A stretch of DNA of 64,000 bases, taken from NCBI RefSeq assembly GCF_018350175.1, contig NC_058373.1, positions 101,992,001 to 102,056,000 on the forward strand. Reading direction: 5' to 3'. Each line of letters opens with the position of its first letter. Within the stretch, counting starts at the first letter, position 1. The notes below the pieces were generated by a model. That model did not search any database. It worked only from the letters and a program-made list of their open reading frames with translations, and had not been told where the DNA came from. A program made the position numbers and the translations under genes. Positions 13,320 through 26,734 of this stretch are shown here, piece after piece. The stretch is from Felis catus. Lineage: Eukaryota.

Positions 13320-13867
13320 ATAGTGGTCCCCCCTCTTATCCATGGGGGACATGTTCCAAGGCCCCCCAGGGAATGACTAGAAGCACATATAGTACCAATC
13401 CCTATAGATACTATGTTTTTTTTCTTGTACATACATACCTATGATAAAATTTAATTTATAAATTAGGCATAGTAAGAGTCACATAGTAAGAGTCACAACA
13501 ACTAATAACAAAATAGAATTATAATAATAGACTGCAATAAAAGTTACATGAATGTGACCTCTCTCAAAATATCTTATGATTTTTGTCTTCCAAATCCATC
13601 CCTGGAACTTCTGACTGAAATGAATTGCATGAAAGTCCATTTTTGTGCTGCGAAAGGAACACTGTACTCACCGTTCTTCCTCCTCTTGTGATGACATGAG
13701 ATGATAAAATACTTCCATGAAGAGATGAAATAAGGTGAATGACGCAGGTGTTGTGACGTAGTGTTAGGCTACTAGTGACCTTCTGACAATCTGCTTCCAG
13801 ACCTTGGTTGACCAGTGGGTACCTGAAATCGCAGAAAGCATAACCACAGATAAGGAGGACTACTATA
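13320..13867. mobile_element. MER44B/Tigger7-family (TcMar-Tigger) DNA transposon
   Basis: Terminal inverted repeats tagtggtccccctcttatc...gataaggaggactacta flanked by TA; internal acatacatacctatgataaa and gttaggctactagtgaccttctgac motifs. Confidence 0.8.
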
Positions 13868-15147
13868 CTGTGGCATGACTATGATTTTTACTCTGCCCAC
13901 CATTGTTCCACAGCGCCCCTATCAGGCCTGAGGGTCCATGCCTGACCCCTTAAACACATGCTACCTCGGCTTATAAAACACACATTCCTTCTTCCTCTCC
14001 ATGTATGTTATAAAACTGCCCCTCCCATGAGCCTCAGCAGTTGTTCAAATCCTGACGAAAAAATTGAAATTCAATAAACCTCTGGAAAATATCTTACATT
14101 ATGAAGATCAAGTCAGATTTGCAAGAAAATACAAGACAAAGAAAAATCAGTTTCAGTGTGATTAATAATAAATGCTGGCACACCACTAAGCTCAACCAAA
14201 TGCCTCTAGATTCTTCCAAGAGGCAGTTCTCTTCAAGGCAGCCAACTGTTGTGCCACCAGCCCTCCCAAATCCTCTCCTCTGTGCATTCAACACCCAAAG
14301 ACCCAAGTCCTTTCACAGCAAGGAGGACTGATGTAAAACCCTGTCGTGATGTTCTAACAGTCTTAGCCTTTAACTCTCAAGGATCTGTGGAGAGTACAGG
14401 ATTATGATGTCCAAAGAGTTTAGAGCTTGCCTGTGCCAAACCTGTTTTTTCCACTGTGAAAATCTTCATCTCTGTGGCATTATGTCACCTTGCAGAGCCC
14501 TTTTTGTAAACTGACTACATTTAGCTTCGGCCAAGTTACTTCGGAGTCCAAATCCACAGTGAAAGATCTATTTGAATTCTTCTCAGTTTCTAGCTCCTCA
14601 GAAATGATAGGCATTCATGTTTCATTCTCCTGCCTGTTGCCTCTTTGGGCTTATTTATGACTATTTTGGATTCTGAGAAAAGGAAATTATACATAAAACC
14701 TCCACTCTTTCCCACATTCCTGGTAACAAGGCAGTTTCTCTCACACCTCAGCGGCTCTTCTGGGAACACCCGCCAGTTTGCGATGATGGACGGGCCATTC
14801 TAGCCCAGCCTTCACAAGAGCCTGCTTCAGCTGGAGGGAAGCCAGCATCCCCTCAGATCTCACCACCTTCCAGGCTTTCACCACCACCCCCACCCCAGCC
14901 ATTCGTTTTCTCCCCAAAAACTTGGTTATTGAAACTGGCAAAATACCTCATGATTTTGTCTTCTAGATCCACCCTGGACCTTCACACAAGAATGAATTGC
15001 ATGAAAGTCATTTTTGTATCATGAAAGGAGCATGGCACATCAATACGTCCTCAAAGCCCAGCCATGCCACCCCAGGATTGCTGGTCCTCTCAACATGTTG
15101 CATATTACAGATTACAGATCTGATCCAGAGTGTACCCTCTGCCTTTA

Positions 15148-15374
15148 TTTTTTTTTTTTAATTTTTTTTTTCAACGTTCATTTATTTTTGGGACAGAGAG
15201 AGACAGAGCATGAACGGGCGAGGGGCAGAGAGAGAGGGAGACACAGAATCGGAAACAGGCTCCAGGCTCTGAGCCATCAGCCCAGAGCCCGACGCGGGGC
15301 TCGAACTCACGGACCGCGAGATCGTGACCTGGCTGAAGTCGGACGCTTAACCGACTGCGCCACCCAGGCGCCCC
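15148..15374 (-). mobile_element. Very young SINEC_Fc with perfect 16-bp TSD
   Basis: CpGs intact; GTACCCTCTGCCTTTA at 15132-15147 and 15375-15390. Confidence 0.97.
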
Positions 15375-16621
15375 GTACCCTCTGCCTTTAATGCGCCTCC
15401 CAAATCCAGCTCCCCTGCTGTGACCTCTCTCCTCACCTAGCCCTGTGAGTTTGCATACCTAGAAACAGTAGAAGCCTGGTATTCATACACAGCTGGTTCT
15501 CAACTACCTCCTGGGCAGACACAAAATAACAACAATGACACCAAACACTCGAGTTACTCCATCATATAAGGAAATAGACACCATAAAGCAAAATGAAAGA
15601 TATTCAATATGTGATTATCTGCATGAATGAGGGGAAGAAAAAGGGGAATGACTGGAGGTATAGGATATCAATCCATTAGTGAGCCACGCACCCTGTCTAT
15701 ATCAAGACGCCTCCCCATGCCTCTTGTGTTCCACGTCATGCTCCGTCAGGTTCTGACCTACAGGAGGCCTGGAGGAGAAGATACCCTCAGATTAGAAGAC
15801 CCACTCAGGGATGATTGAAATCACACTTAGGAAGATTGGTTTTAGGCTCTGAAGTCTAATAGCGACCACTTTAACTACCCTCAGCTCCCTGGCAGCATGC
15901 CCCAATTTTATCTTCCTAAGTGGTAACTAACAACAGTTTTAAACTCCATCATCTAGAAGCAGGGGAGCACAAAATATCCCCGCCAGCCAATTAATGGCAA
16001 GGAGAATGTTTAACCTCGCACATTCCACGGTATTAAAATTAACAAGGAGAAGCTCATTTTTCACCTATTAAATTGGCAAATATGTTTTAAATTGCAATAA
16101 AAGGCATCTATACACAGCTGGTCAGTAATATGTATACCCTTTCAGGAAAATAGTTTGGCAATATCAAAGTCTTTTAAAAATGTGCTAACCTTTGACATAC
16201 CTCAAGGATGTCCCTTACGTCAATGATTATAATGACAAAAAAAGGACTGGAATCAACCTAAATATCCCATAATAGGGAACAGGCTGAATAAACCAGAATG
16301 TGTCCGTATAAAAAATGACAGGCAATCAAAATGATGATGTAGAATACTTTAATGGCATGGGAATGCCAATACAGTGTTAATGAGAAAAGCAGGTAGCAAA
16401 ATATTATGATCCCATTTTTAAATATATACATTATATACATATGTAAATGTGTGTATGTATGTACGTGAATAGACAAAATCCTGAACTAGATGTTTCAGAA
16501 GGTTAGTAGTGGTATTCTGTGGGTTAATGATGGGTTATGAGTGGTTTTTAATTTTTTTGATGTGCTGTTCTGTATTTTCAGCATTTTCCACCGTGAATCT
16601 GCAATAAACCATCAGAATTTT

Positions 16622-17110
16622 ATAATTTTTTTTTATTTGAGAGAGTGCACAAGCACTTTTTTAAAAAAAGATACATAAGTTTATTAAAAATTTGAAGATA
16701 GTTGACAATTTATTGAAGTCAGAAAAATTAATATATAAAATCTAGAAAGGTGGAATTAGGAATTAGGTTTCAAAGGATTTAGAAAGAATTCCTCATAAAA
16801 GTTTTTAATATTACATTCCTTGCTAAACTGAGACTTGGAGGGCCTTTGGTATTTCACCCCTGACCAACTGCCTTGATAAATCAGTCAGCAGGAGCACATG
16901 AAATTGTGGATAGACAGGAGATGCATATTCATTTACTCTTAACCAAATGTAGCAAAAAGCACCATGTTACCTACTAAGAAAGAGAATCTTAAGCAGCCTC
17001 CATGCTCAGTGCAGAGCCTGACATGGGGCTGGATTCCACGTCCCCAGGATCATGACCTGAGCTGAAATCAAGAGTCGGACACTCAACTGACTGAGCCACT
17101 CAGGCACCCC
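16622..17110 (-). mobile_element. SINEC split by a ~320-bp foreign insert
   Basis: Tail piece 16622-16655, head piece 16978-17110, TSD (A)(C/T)CATCAGAATTTT on both outer sides. Confidence 0.85.
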
Positions 17111-20100
17111 TATCATCAGAATTTTGTAAAAGGCTATCACTTTAAAGGTGCATCATCATCTCTAAGGTGCTGACCAGTCTTCACTTTGAAGGAAAGGAAG
17201 AAAAAGTGGGGACCCTAGACTTAGCCAGGATGTTTCAACAGTGGTGGAGATAGAAGCAATTCTGAATGAGGTGGGACTGTCCCCAAAACACAAGGCTGCT
17301 GCACCAACGTGCCGCTATCTTAGGTGGGAGTGGTGCCTTCTGAGGTCCTTGGAGAATCAGGATGTCCTGAGGTTGTTCTTGTCCTGTGCTAGGAACCTGC
17401 CAGTGGAGACAGTGGTCTCCCTTCCCCTGGGAAACCTAATCCAGACTGTATACCAGCTCAGAGAATTCAGATAGAGTTGAAGGCCTCAGAAATGGGCAAG
17501 TACATAGCCATGCAGACACATGTGCTTAGCAACTCACTGGTCATCCAGAGGAAGGTAAGCAGAGCTATAGAGGCACTCAGCGTGGGGCCAGCTCACTCTC
17601 TGGAAGTCTTTCTGGCAGCAGGACCAATACAAGTCATAAAAGAACGATCCAAAGAAACACATCTACTGGACCAAGTGACAGCCCTCCAGAGAAAGGGGCA
17701 CTGTTTAAATATGGCCTTCAAATAGAAATAGTGTTAAAGGGGACACAAATCATACAGCTCTTGATTTAACTTACTATGCAACAAATTAGTAGTGAAAACA
17801 TTTGGCAAAAATAAAGACTTATATGAAAATTAACCAATAAGACCCAAGCACCATGTCACATTCACATGAAAACAAATCACAGCTCACAGCCACACAAGGT
17901 TTGCAAAGCACTACAAAATGAGATATGTTGGTGGTTTAATGATTAAATATCATTATCTACACCTGACTATTTGTTAAAACCAAAGACTGGACTGAAATAT
18001 GACCCCTGCTTGTTCAAGTGTTTCCTGAGTGATATATAAAGGTGAGGTCACATATCACTCACGTGGAGGTGGACAGGGATGTCCCAGTCAGATCAGTGGC
18101 CAGCTGGGGTAGTCCCACAGATTAGTCTCATTCTAACAGAGCACAGCTCTTTCCCAGGGAAATGGGTCCATGCCTATCAAAAAAATGGAAAGAAGGGAAT
18201 ATGGAAAGTTTGGTTTGGAGACATCTCTTATCTGAAAGTCTTTGTCCCATCTGGGCACAGCCATGTCTCATACCACACAACAAATGCCAGAAGAAATTCT
18301 CCACCTTCTTCTGCTTAGTGAGGATCAGGACTGGCTAGATCAGATTATCAAGAGCTACCAGAGGATGGAACTCAGATCTTACCTCAGACCTGCACAGGTC
18401 AAACACACCCACTGGACAGCAGGCATCTCCCTCCAGTGGCCTATAAGCTCTACCCCCTTCTCACCAACCAGAAATATGTGAGGCTCACACAACCTGAATG
18501 AGTCTTGAAAAATAATCCGCAGCATTGTGAAGACAATGCGATTGAAGATACTAATTAAATAGGAATTCGCTCTCTCACCCCTTCCCGGGAGCCCAGATCA
18601 GAGAAGATGGAGGGACTCCTTTTAGAGAGGGAGCTTGTAGAGGGCTCATGGGCTCCAGATGCCTCAACCCCCTGACCACACTTCACCACCCAGCAGAGAT
18701 ACTAAGTTACAGAAGAGCCACACTGGGGTGATGATACACATGCTAAATCCTTACCCGTGTGAACTAAGGGGGCCACGGAACTACTGCCTCATTCCCTGGA
18801 TTTATGCCCTCAAGCTTTACACTTGGTGGGTCCATGAGGAGCCAAACCCTAAAATGGACAAAGATGGCCCAGGGCAGAGGGGTTCAGGAAGGCAAGCTGG
18901 CTTCCTGCCCCTCACTTTCACTAGCCACAAGACTATAGATTTCCAACAGAGACCCATATACAAACACACGTACACTCATACACACACACATACGCACACA
19001 CATGCACACACATAGCATCTAGAAGGGAAATTCTCTGTTTTGCTTATAACCAAGTAACCTCATTTTCTGACCTTAAAAAAATAACAGTTTCTCTGAAGGT
19101 CTCAAACCTTATTAGCCACAGTGGGAAATGATGCTTGAATGGGGCTGTGATGGTCTCAGCCTCGGGTGTCTGTGTATGCAGCCATATTACTTAGCAACAC
19201 CATAGCCGTTTAGGTTTAATTTCCTAGCTTGCCTGATAAGGAGGCTGCAAATGTAATTTGTGATGCTGCAAGCTGGGCAAACTCACTGGGCTATTAGATG
19301 AGTCACTGGGTGATCCAGGCCACTATGCCGAGCTCTGCGGAAGAAGAGAAATGAACCCTGATCTGTGGGGCTGATAGCGCTCAGGCGGACACAATTTTCT
19401 AAGTGTCTCGGAGCTGTGCCTCCTTCCCTCCTGCTTTCTGGTTTGGTGCCATTATTTATTAAGGGAAGCTTCACTCACCTCTCAACCCCTGTTAGAATCA
19501 TCCTCCAGCTTCTGAAATCCTCCTGGCAAGAGCTGCAAACTCACAGCCCTGCAAGACCAGACAGATAATAACACCAACAACAATAAAGCAAGCGTTTTTG
19601 AATACTTAGTTGATAACCATGTATTCTAGTTGCTTTACATGAGTTATGTCTGTTAATTTTCCTAATAACCCCAGGAGGTAAGTACTACTGTTATTCCTAT
19701 TTTCAAATGAGGAGACTGGGATTGAGAGAGGGTAGCAAGCAGCTATAAAATAATAGGGAATGGGGGGGCACCCTGCCAAAGGGGCTAGCTGTCATCCAGG
19801 GCCAACCAGCCCTCACCTGGATTGCCAGAACTTCCACTTTCCTAAAAGTAGCAGAAAATCCATATTTTTATATAAAATCCCATTGGTTCTAAATATCAAC
19901 TAATTGAGTTGAGTTACTTATTAAGTAACTGTGAGAACCAAACCACACATGTCCACCAGCCAGATTCAGCCCAGGGCCTACCAATTTGCAACCTCTTCCT
20001 CATTACAACAAGTAGACATATTCATCCATAAATACACTCCAATTTTTATCTTTGCTTCCATGAGCCACTGGTGTCTCAGCCCTTTGGTCACCGTCACTTT

Positions 20101-20149
20101 GGCTGTATCCTTTCTAGAGCCTCAGTGGTAACTCCATTCTTCCAGTTGC

Positions 20150-20918
20150 TCGTGCTGGGTCTTAGAGTCATCCTTGCCTCCTTCCCTTCTCCCACACCCC
20201 ACATGCAATCTGTCAGCAGGTCTTGTCAGCTCTACTTGAAAATGCATCCATAATCCCTCCACTTCTCAAAACCTACCATGACCACCCTGGTTCAAGCCAC
20301 TCTCAGCTGTCTTCCCTGGACATCATGAGCCACTGGCTACACCCAGCTTTTCCCACCTACTCCATTCTTACCAGACTAACCTAGCTGCTCCTGTAAAACC
20401 TAAGTCAGATCCTGCCCTTTCTCAACACCCCACAATGGCTCAGTAAAAGCCAATGACTTAAATGACCCACACAGCCCTTCAGACCCAAACCCACTGGCCC
20501 CCACTCTCCTGCACTCCCTGCCCAGCAGACACACTGCTTCCTCCTTCATGCACTCCCACCTGGGCCCTGGGTGCTCACTGCTCCCTCAGAGTCTCTCCCC
20601 CCAGGTATCCTCTTGGCTCTCACCTTCTCTCTGCTCTGTTCAATTGCCAGCCAATTAGAAAGATCTTCCTGGGGGCACCTGAGTGGCTCAGTCGGTTAAC
20701 TGGCCAACTCTTGGTTTCAGCTCAGGTCATAATCTCACAATTCGTGGAATCGAGCCCCGCGTTGGGCTCTGTGCTGACAGTGCAGAGCCTGCTTGGGATT
20801 CTCCCTCCCCCTCTGCCCCTTCCCTGCTCGTGTGCTCTTTCTCTCTCTCTCAAAAATAAATAAACACTTTCTCTCTGTCCCAAAAATAAATAAACGTGGA
20901 AAAAAAAATTTAAAAAAA

Positions 20919-20949
<31 letters not shown>

Positions 20950-21200
20950 ACACTTAAAAAAAAAAAAAAAGATCTTCCTGGACCACTTATCCTAAATAGT
21001 AATCTGTCCATTCCTCTGCCTCAAAATTTTATCATTACTGCATGCCATATGTTATCGCTTTGTGCTGTCTCCACTCCCATAGAATGCACCCTCCACAAAA
21101 ATAAGGGATGTGTTTTCTTCTCTGCTCTATTCCTGGTGTCTACAACCATGCCTGGAACATACCCAAAATTCATTAAGTGTCTGTTGAATGAATGAAGAAA
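20150..21200. mobile_element. L2 fragment containing a SINEC (20672-20970)
   Basis: L2 motifs (tcttgtcagctctac, cctggaacata...aagtgtctgttgaatgaatgaa); SINE with TSD AAAGATCTTCCTGG. Confidence 0.75.
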
Positions 21201-24032
21201 TGAACAGTCCATACAACAGGCCCTTAGGATAGACTTCTCCATTCTCTGATGGCCACACATGACTTAGCCTCATCTTCTCTTTAGTCTGTATGCACCTCAG
21301 GCACAGAAGGCCTCCCCACTAGCTGCTATCAACTCCACCACCTTCACCATGGCCACTCCTTAACAATATGAGCTCAGTAAGATGCCATATTGATTGCTGG
21401 CTGAAAACTCAAAGAGATAGTCATTGCTCTTGCCCACCTGCTATGAGGAATAGTAACTTGTGATTGTGAGCATCTTGCTGGATGGAAGGAAAACTCACTC
21501 ATGGCAGTGATGAATTCTGTAATTAGTCTTGATGAGACATGGCAGGCTTTGGGTGAGGGTGATTCATTTTAATTAATGATAAGACTGCATAAAAGTGTTT
21601 TGCCCATTTATCTACAGAATTTGTTGGCTTTATTTTTATTTCTCTATTTATTTGAAAGCCCATATATCCTAGGAAGGTAGATATGGTTCAGTCCTTAATA
21701 TTTCTTTCACATAAACAGAAAGAGAGTAATATAGGCCTGTGGTTCCCTCTCGATCCAGATCCTCTGGAAAGTCTGGACAGAGCTGCAATGATTGGCTCAG
21801 GTCCCCTCGCCATGGACCTCGGGGCTCTCCTGCACCCATCATGGCATAGTCAACCCTCCACAAGATCCAGATGCACCTCCTTCTAGGGAAGGGCCCATCC
21901 TGATTAGCCACAGGTGATGACCTGGATATGTATCCTTCCTTGGCCACCAAACACCCCAGCTCAACAAAGAGAGTAAGCCAGGATGCCAGATGACCCTCCC
22001 CAGATCTGAAGCTTACTTGGGAAGGAAGCATAGCCAAGAAGCCAAGACATACACATGCATGGATAGAAGAGCTTCATCTCTGGCAGTTCTGACACTAAGG
22101 CTGTTGGGAGAGGATCTAGGAGGCTGTACAGAGGCATCACCCAGGGCACCCAGATGCCCATGGCGTCTAAGCCATGTGGGGAGAAGATGGACTTGGCACA
22201 TGGAAAAGGCATTTCTACTTGACCCCTTTCTCTGTTTCCCATAGTCTTGCTCTCTCCACATCTTTTCTTTGCTGTCTCAGAACTCTCAATTCAATGTATT
22301 TCCTTGAATGTGTGTTAAAAAGTCTCACTTCTGGCATACATGGCCTGCCTGTCATCACTACCTTGTCACCCCCAGCTACCTTTCTGAGGATATTATCATG
22401 GGGGTTGTCCACAGCCTTGCCTCCTCTGCCAGCCTGCAAAAATCAAGCCTGCAATTGTCAGATGACTTCCCTTGTGCCTCCCCCCTCCCAAAGAGGGAGT
22501 ATCCTTTCTTTTGGAGGAACGGGTAGTGGGAGGGAGAGAGCAATGTTGGGGAAGAGCTTGAATTATGGAGGGGATTGTTCTGGGGCTGCTGAAGGCATGA
22601 TGGATATTGTAGATGAAGGCAAGAGGTTTTGTCATTTTTTTTCTGTGGCTTATGGAAAGGAATCCTCTTGACAGTTTTGAAGAAGGCTAAGCAATGGACT
22701 TCAGCTGCTTTGGGGTTGCCTTTGGCTCCTGGACAGTATTTCTTTTACCACATTACCCTCCGCTTGGGCCCAGGCTTTGAAAGGGTTACAAGCAGATTTA
22801 GATCCTCACTATGGGATGTTCAAGAAGAAAGGTTTGTCATCTACCCTGCCACTAACAGCTGTATGACCTGGGACAAGTCACTTGAGCTAGGGTCTTTGTC
22901 TACAAAATGAGTGACTTGAAGGGAATAAACTCTGAGAACATATCAGCTCCTAAAACATGATATTTGAAAGTTCTATTCAAGGAACGATGATGATGATGAT
23001 GACCTAGCATTTACTGCACTTCCATTATATGCCAAAAATTTTAAAAGTACCATCTTAAGAAAAAAGGCCTAAAGTTTTTATTCTGGGTACCATAATCACA
23101 TGAGAAGATGAAAGCCTTTCAGAGTGATGCCCCGCTCCTGGGGCTGGGAATGGGACCCCTGAGCAAAGCACAATGTGATAATTCTCTCCCCAATTATTGT
23201 TCCACCATGAATTCAAATGCAGAGACCCCTTGGCCCACAGAACCTTTGGACCACACAATATCCAGGGGGGATTGGAGGATACACAGGCCAACTTACTTTT
23301 TATTGCATGTTTTGATGCTATTGACCCAGGATTACTTGGGGGTTCTGCATTCAAGATTCTGTGTTTTTTTTCCAGGTTACTAGTCTGGCCACTGAATCCT
23401 TGCTGCAGAAACTGCCATCCAGCATGGACTTGCCCAGGGCCCCATCCCCAGAGAGGCTGGGATAAGAAACAAGGCAGGCAGGAAGCCTCTACTGTTTGGG
23501 ATACTGGAGTAGGAAGCAGTTGGGTTAACAGTCTCAGGTAGGAGAATGCAGGTCAGACTCAGCTGCTATCTTCAAGTAAGGATAGGGCCCTTTTGAATTT
23601 AATCTTGGCAATTTTACAAAAGTATGCAGAATCATATAGTGAACTTCTATTCATTACCCAGCTTCACCATTTGTCAACGATTCACTGATCTTGTTTCATG
23701 TATCCCAACCCCTGCCCCTGCCCTACCCCACCCCCCACCGCAGTATTTAAACACAGATCTCAGACAGGAAGCCATCTCACTCAAGAATGCACATCCTTGG
23801 TCCCCGCTCCACACCCATACATCATTGATTTTGTCTGCATTCTTTCTATCCTCTTTCCTATATCTTGCCCACAGGTCATACCTAAAATAAATAAGCTCTA
23901 GCCCCCTCCTCCTTCTTCTCTTCTCCTTCCCTGCCCCGTCAACAATCCCCTTCAGACCTGTAGCCTGCAACCTCTCCTGAGAGACTGATTCTTTTCTTTA
24001 ACATGGGGGTTCGATCAAGACTCCCCACCTGA

Positions 24033-24535
24033 TATGCTATTTCAAAGAGGCACATGCACCCCAATGTTTATAGCAGCACTATCAATAGCCAAGTATGGAA
24101 AGAGCCCAAATGTCCATCGATGGATGAATGGATAAAGAAAATGTGGTATATGTATATACAATGGGATATTACTCGGCAATCAAAAAGAATGAAATCTTGC
24201 CATTTGCAACTATGTGGATGGAACTAGAGGGTGTTATACTAAGCAAAATTAGTCAGTCAGAGAAAGACAAATATCATATGACTTCAGTCATATGGGGACT
24301 TTAAGACACAGAACAGATGAACACAAGGGAAGGGAAACAAAAAGAATATAAAAACAGGGAGGGGGACAAAACATAAGAGACTCAAAAACATGGAGAACAA
24401 ATAGAAGGTTACTGGAGGGGTTGTGGAAGGGGGGATAGGCTAAATGGGTAAGGGGCACTAAGGAATCTACCCCTGAAATTATTGTTGTACCATATGCTAA
24501 CTAACTTGGATGTAAATTTAAAAAATAATAATAAT
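24033..24535 (+). mobile_element. 5'-truncated carnivore/felid L1 3' end with TSD
   Basis: ORF2 C-terminal remnant (GTCTPMFIAALS), L1 3' UTR and A-rich tail; TSD AAGACTCCC(C/T)ACCTGA at 24017-24032 and 24536-24551. Confidence 0.93.
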
Positions 24536-24641
24536 AAGACTCCCTACCTGAGAAAGTAATTCCCTCAGCTCCTCATCCACAGTAGACATGACTCCCTTTG
24601 TCTCACTTTCCCTTTATGGCCATCCTCAAAGAAAAATCTAT

Positions 24642-24840
24642 GGGGCACCTGGGTGACTCAGTCAGTTAAACGGCCAGCTCTTAATTTTGGTCAGGTCATG
24701 ATCACACAGTCATGATACGGAACCCTTTGTTGGGTTCCATGCTGGTGCATGGAGCCTGCTTAAGATTCTCTCTCTCCCTCTGCCCTTCCCCCACTCACTC
24801 ACATGCCATGCTCTCTCTCTCAGAAAAAAGAAAAAAAAAA
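24642..24840 (+). mobile_element. SINEC
   Basis: Consensus head, (CT)n, poly(A). Confidence 0.9.
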
Positions 24841-26734
24841 TAAGTCTAAACTTGCAGTTTATACTTCCTCTCTTCCCATTTACTCCTCAGGCAGCTTTGG
24901 CAGTGATTTCCACATACTGAATCCAATGGGCACTTCTCCAGTGCCCTGCTTACCCTGATGGGTTTGCCTACCTACCAATGTAATATAAGTTTATTGTGTT
25001 CAATCTGGAAAAGAGAGAAGGCAAATAGGAAAACTTAAGTGAGTACTGAATAAATAATATATGAATACTAAAATAGTATTTTCTATTATTCATTTTGATG
25101 TAGCTGTCACCAGTGGTTTTTTTTATATATAAATTTTTTTATATTTTAACAGCTGCATGGTATTCTATCACATGGTCATGCCATGATTTAGTCCTTGTTG
25201 CTGGATATTTAAATTATTTCAACTTTTAAATATGAACAATTCTAGGATAAACATCCTCATAGATACATTCACCTTTTACATACATCTACCTTGATTTCCT
25301 CACATTCTCTCTTTCTGGAAAACCCATCTGGACATTGAGCACACCCATCTCTCATGGTTCTCTGAATCTAACTATGGATGGTCTTTGGGAAAGTTCACAT
25401 CTCTCCAGTGTCCTCACTGTGCTCTCTCTTGGCTGACTCAGCTCCAGGTACAACTTGAGCAGCCACTGGTCTGCAGTTGACTTTCACCTCTCTGCCTCTC
25501 GCTCAGACCTCACTCTTAAACTTTCATTTCTAGACATCTGCACTTGGGTGTCCCACAGGGATCTCAGTGATGATGAAGGCTCTACTACCCACCCTTCCCC
25601 TACCCCGAATACCCCCAAATGCATATTTCTCTTATTATAATCTCAGTGATCAGTACTACTGTAATTCTCAGACACCCAAGCCCCAAAACTGGGGACTGTC
25701 CCACATTAATTGTCTTCAGTCATTCGCAAACAAACTGTTCAGGTTCTACCTCTTAAATTCTTCTGCTGTCTGCTTTTCTCAGACTCCACTGCCACTGATC
25801 TAGATTGGGCTTCATTATCCCCCCTAAATTAATGCAGTGGCCCCCTAAGCTGTCTGTCCTCCAACTCTGATTACAAACCACACTTCTCTGCTTAAAATCC
25901 TTCCACTAGCTTTCCAGAGCTTCAGGATCAGGCCCTGGGCAAAGCATATAGGCAGGGTCTTCTGTGGCCTAGCCCCTGTCCACCTCTTTGACCTTCTTTC
26001 TCCTTTACTCCCCTGTCCATTGTGGGCTCTACATATATTAGTGCTTTTTATCCAAGTGTTTCCCATATTTCTCCATATTATCTCTCACTAGACTTAAGGA
26101 CAGGGCAGTCTTACTCATCTTTGCACTCCAATACACAACACGGTTAAACCAAAGGGAACAGTCATGTATGAGAAGATCTGGGTCTCCCTCATCAATACCA
26201 ACTGTAGGTGACAAGGAAGGGGGCTGTGGTGCTGTCTCCAGGGCAGCCTTGTCAGGGCACACAGGACCTTGCTCCCAGGAACCACCTGGTCTGGTAACCC
26301 ATGAGCGGAGATAGGGCCTGATATCCATGAAGCCTCCTTGATACCCAACCCCTCAGAAGCTTCTGGAGCTAGGGTGCCCCAAACCGGCTCTCCTGGAACA
26401 AAGAATCCAGGCTTCTATACCATGGCCTCCTTCCTGTATTATTTCTATCTCTGGTAGTGAAATTTCCAGCAATGAAGTACTCACTGAAATATAGCTTCAT
26501 TCACAGGGATGTTTCTATAATCTAAACAGTAAAAATAAATGAGAATAGGGAAGAGGGAGAGGAGAAAAGGAGGCCAAGAGGATTTTAAAGCCTTCTATGG
26601 GATCATTTCCATAGTTGTAAATGCTAGGAAACTGACACTCACCTACTTCAGGTTAAATTCCTCTTTGCAGCCCATATGGTTGCAGCTCCTTGCTGTTCAT
26701 GGGAGAGAACCACACAAATGTGTTAGATCTAGAG

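Noticed and set aside
22174..22671. 165-aa ORF, the longest in the track, and its overlapping neighbours
   Set aside because: No recognisable domain, ORFs overlap on both strands, and I see no supporting exon structure; consistent with chance.
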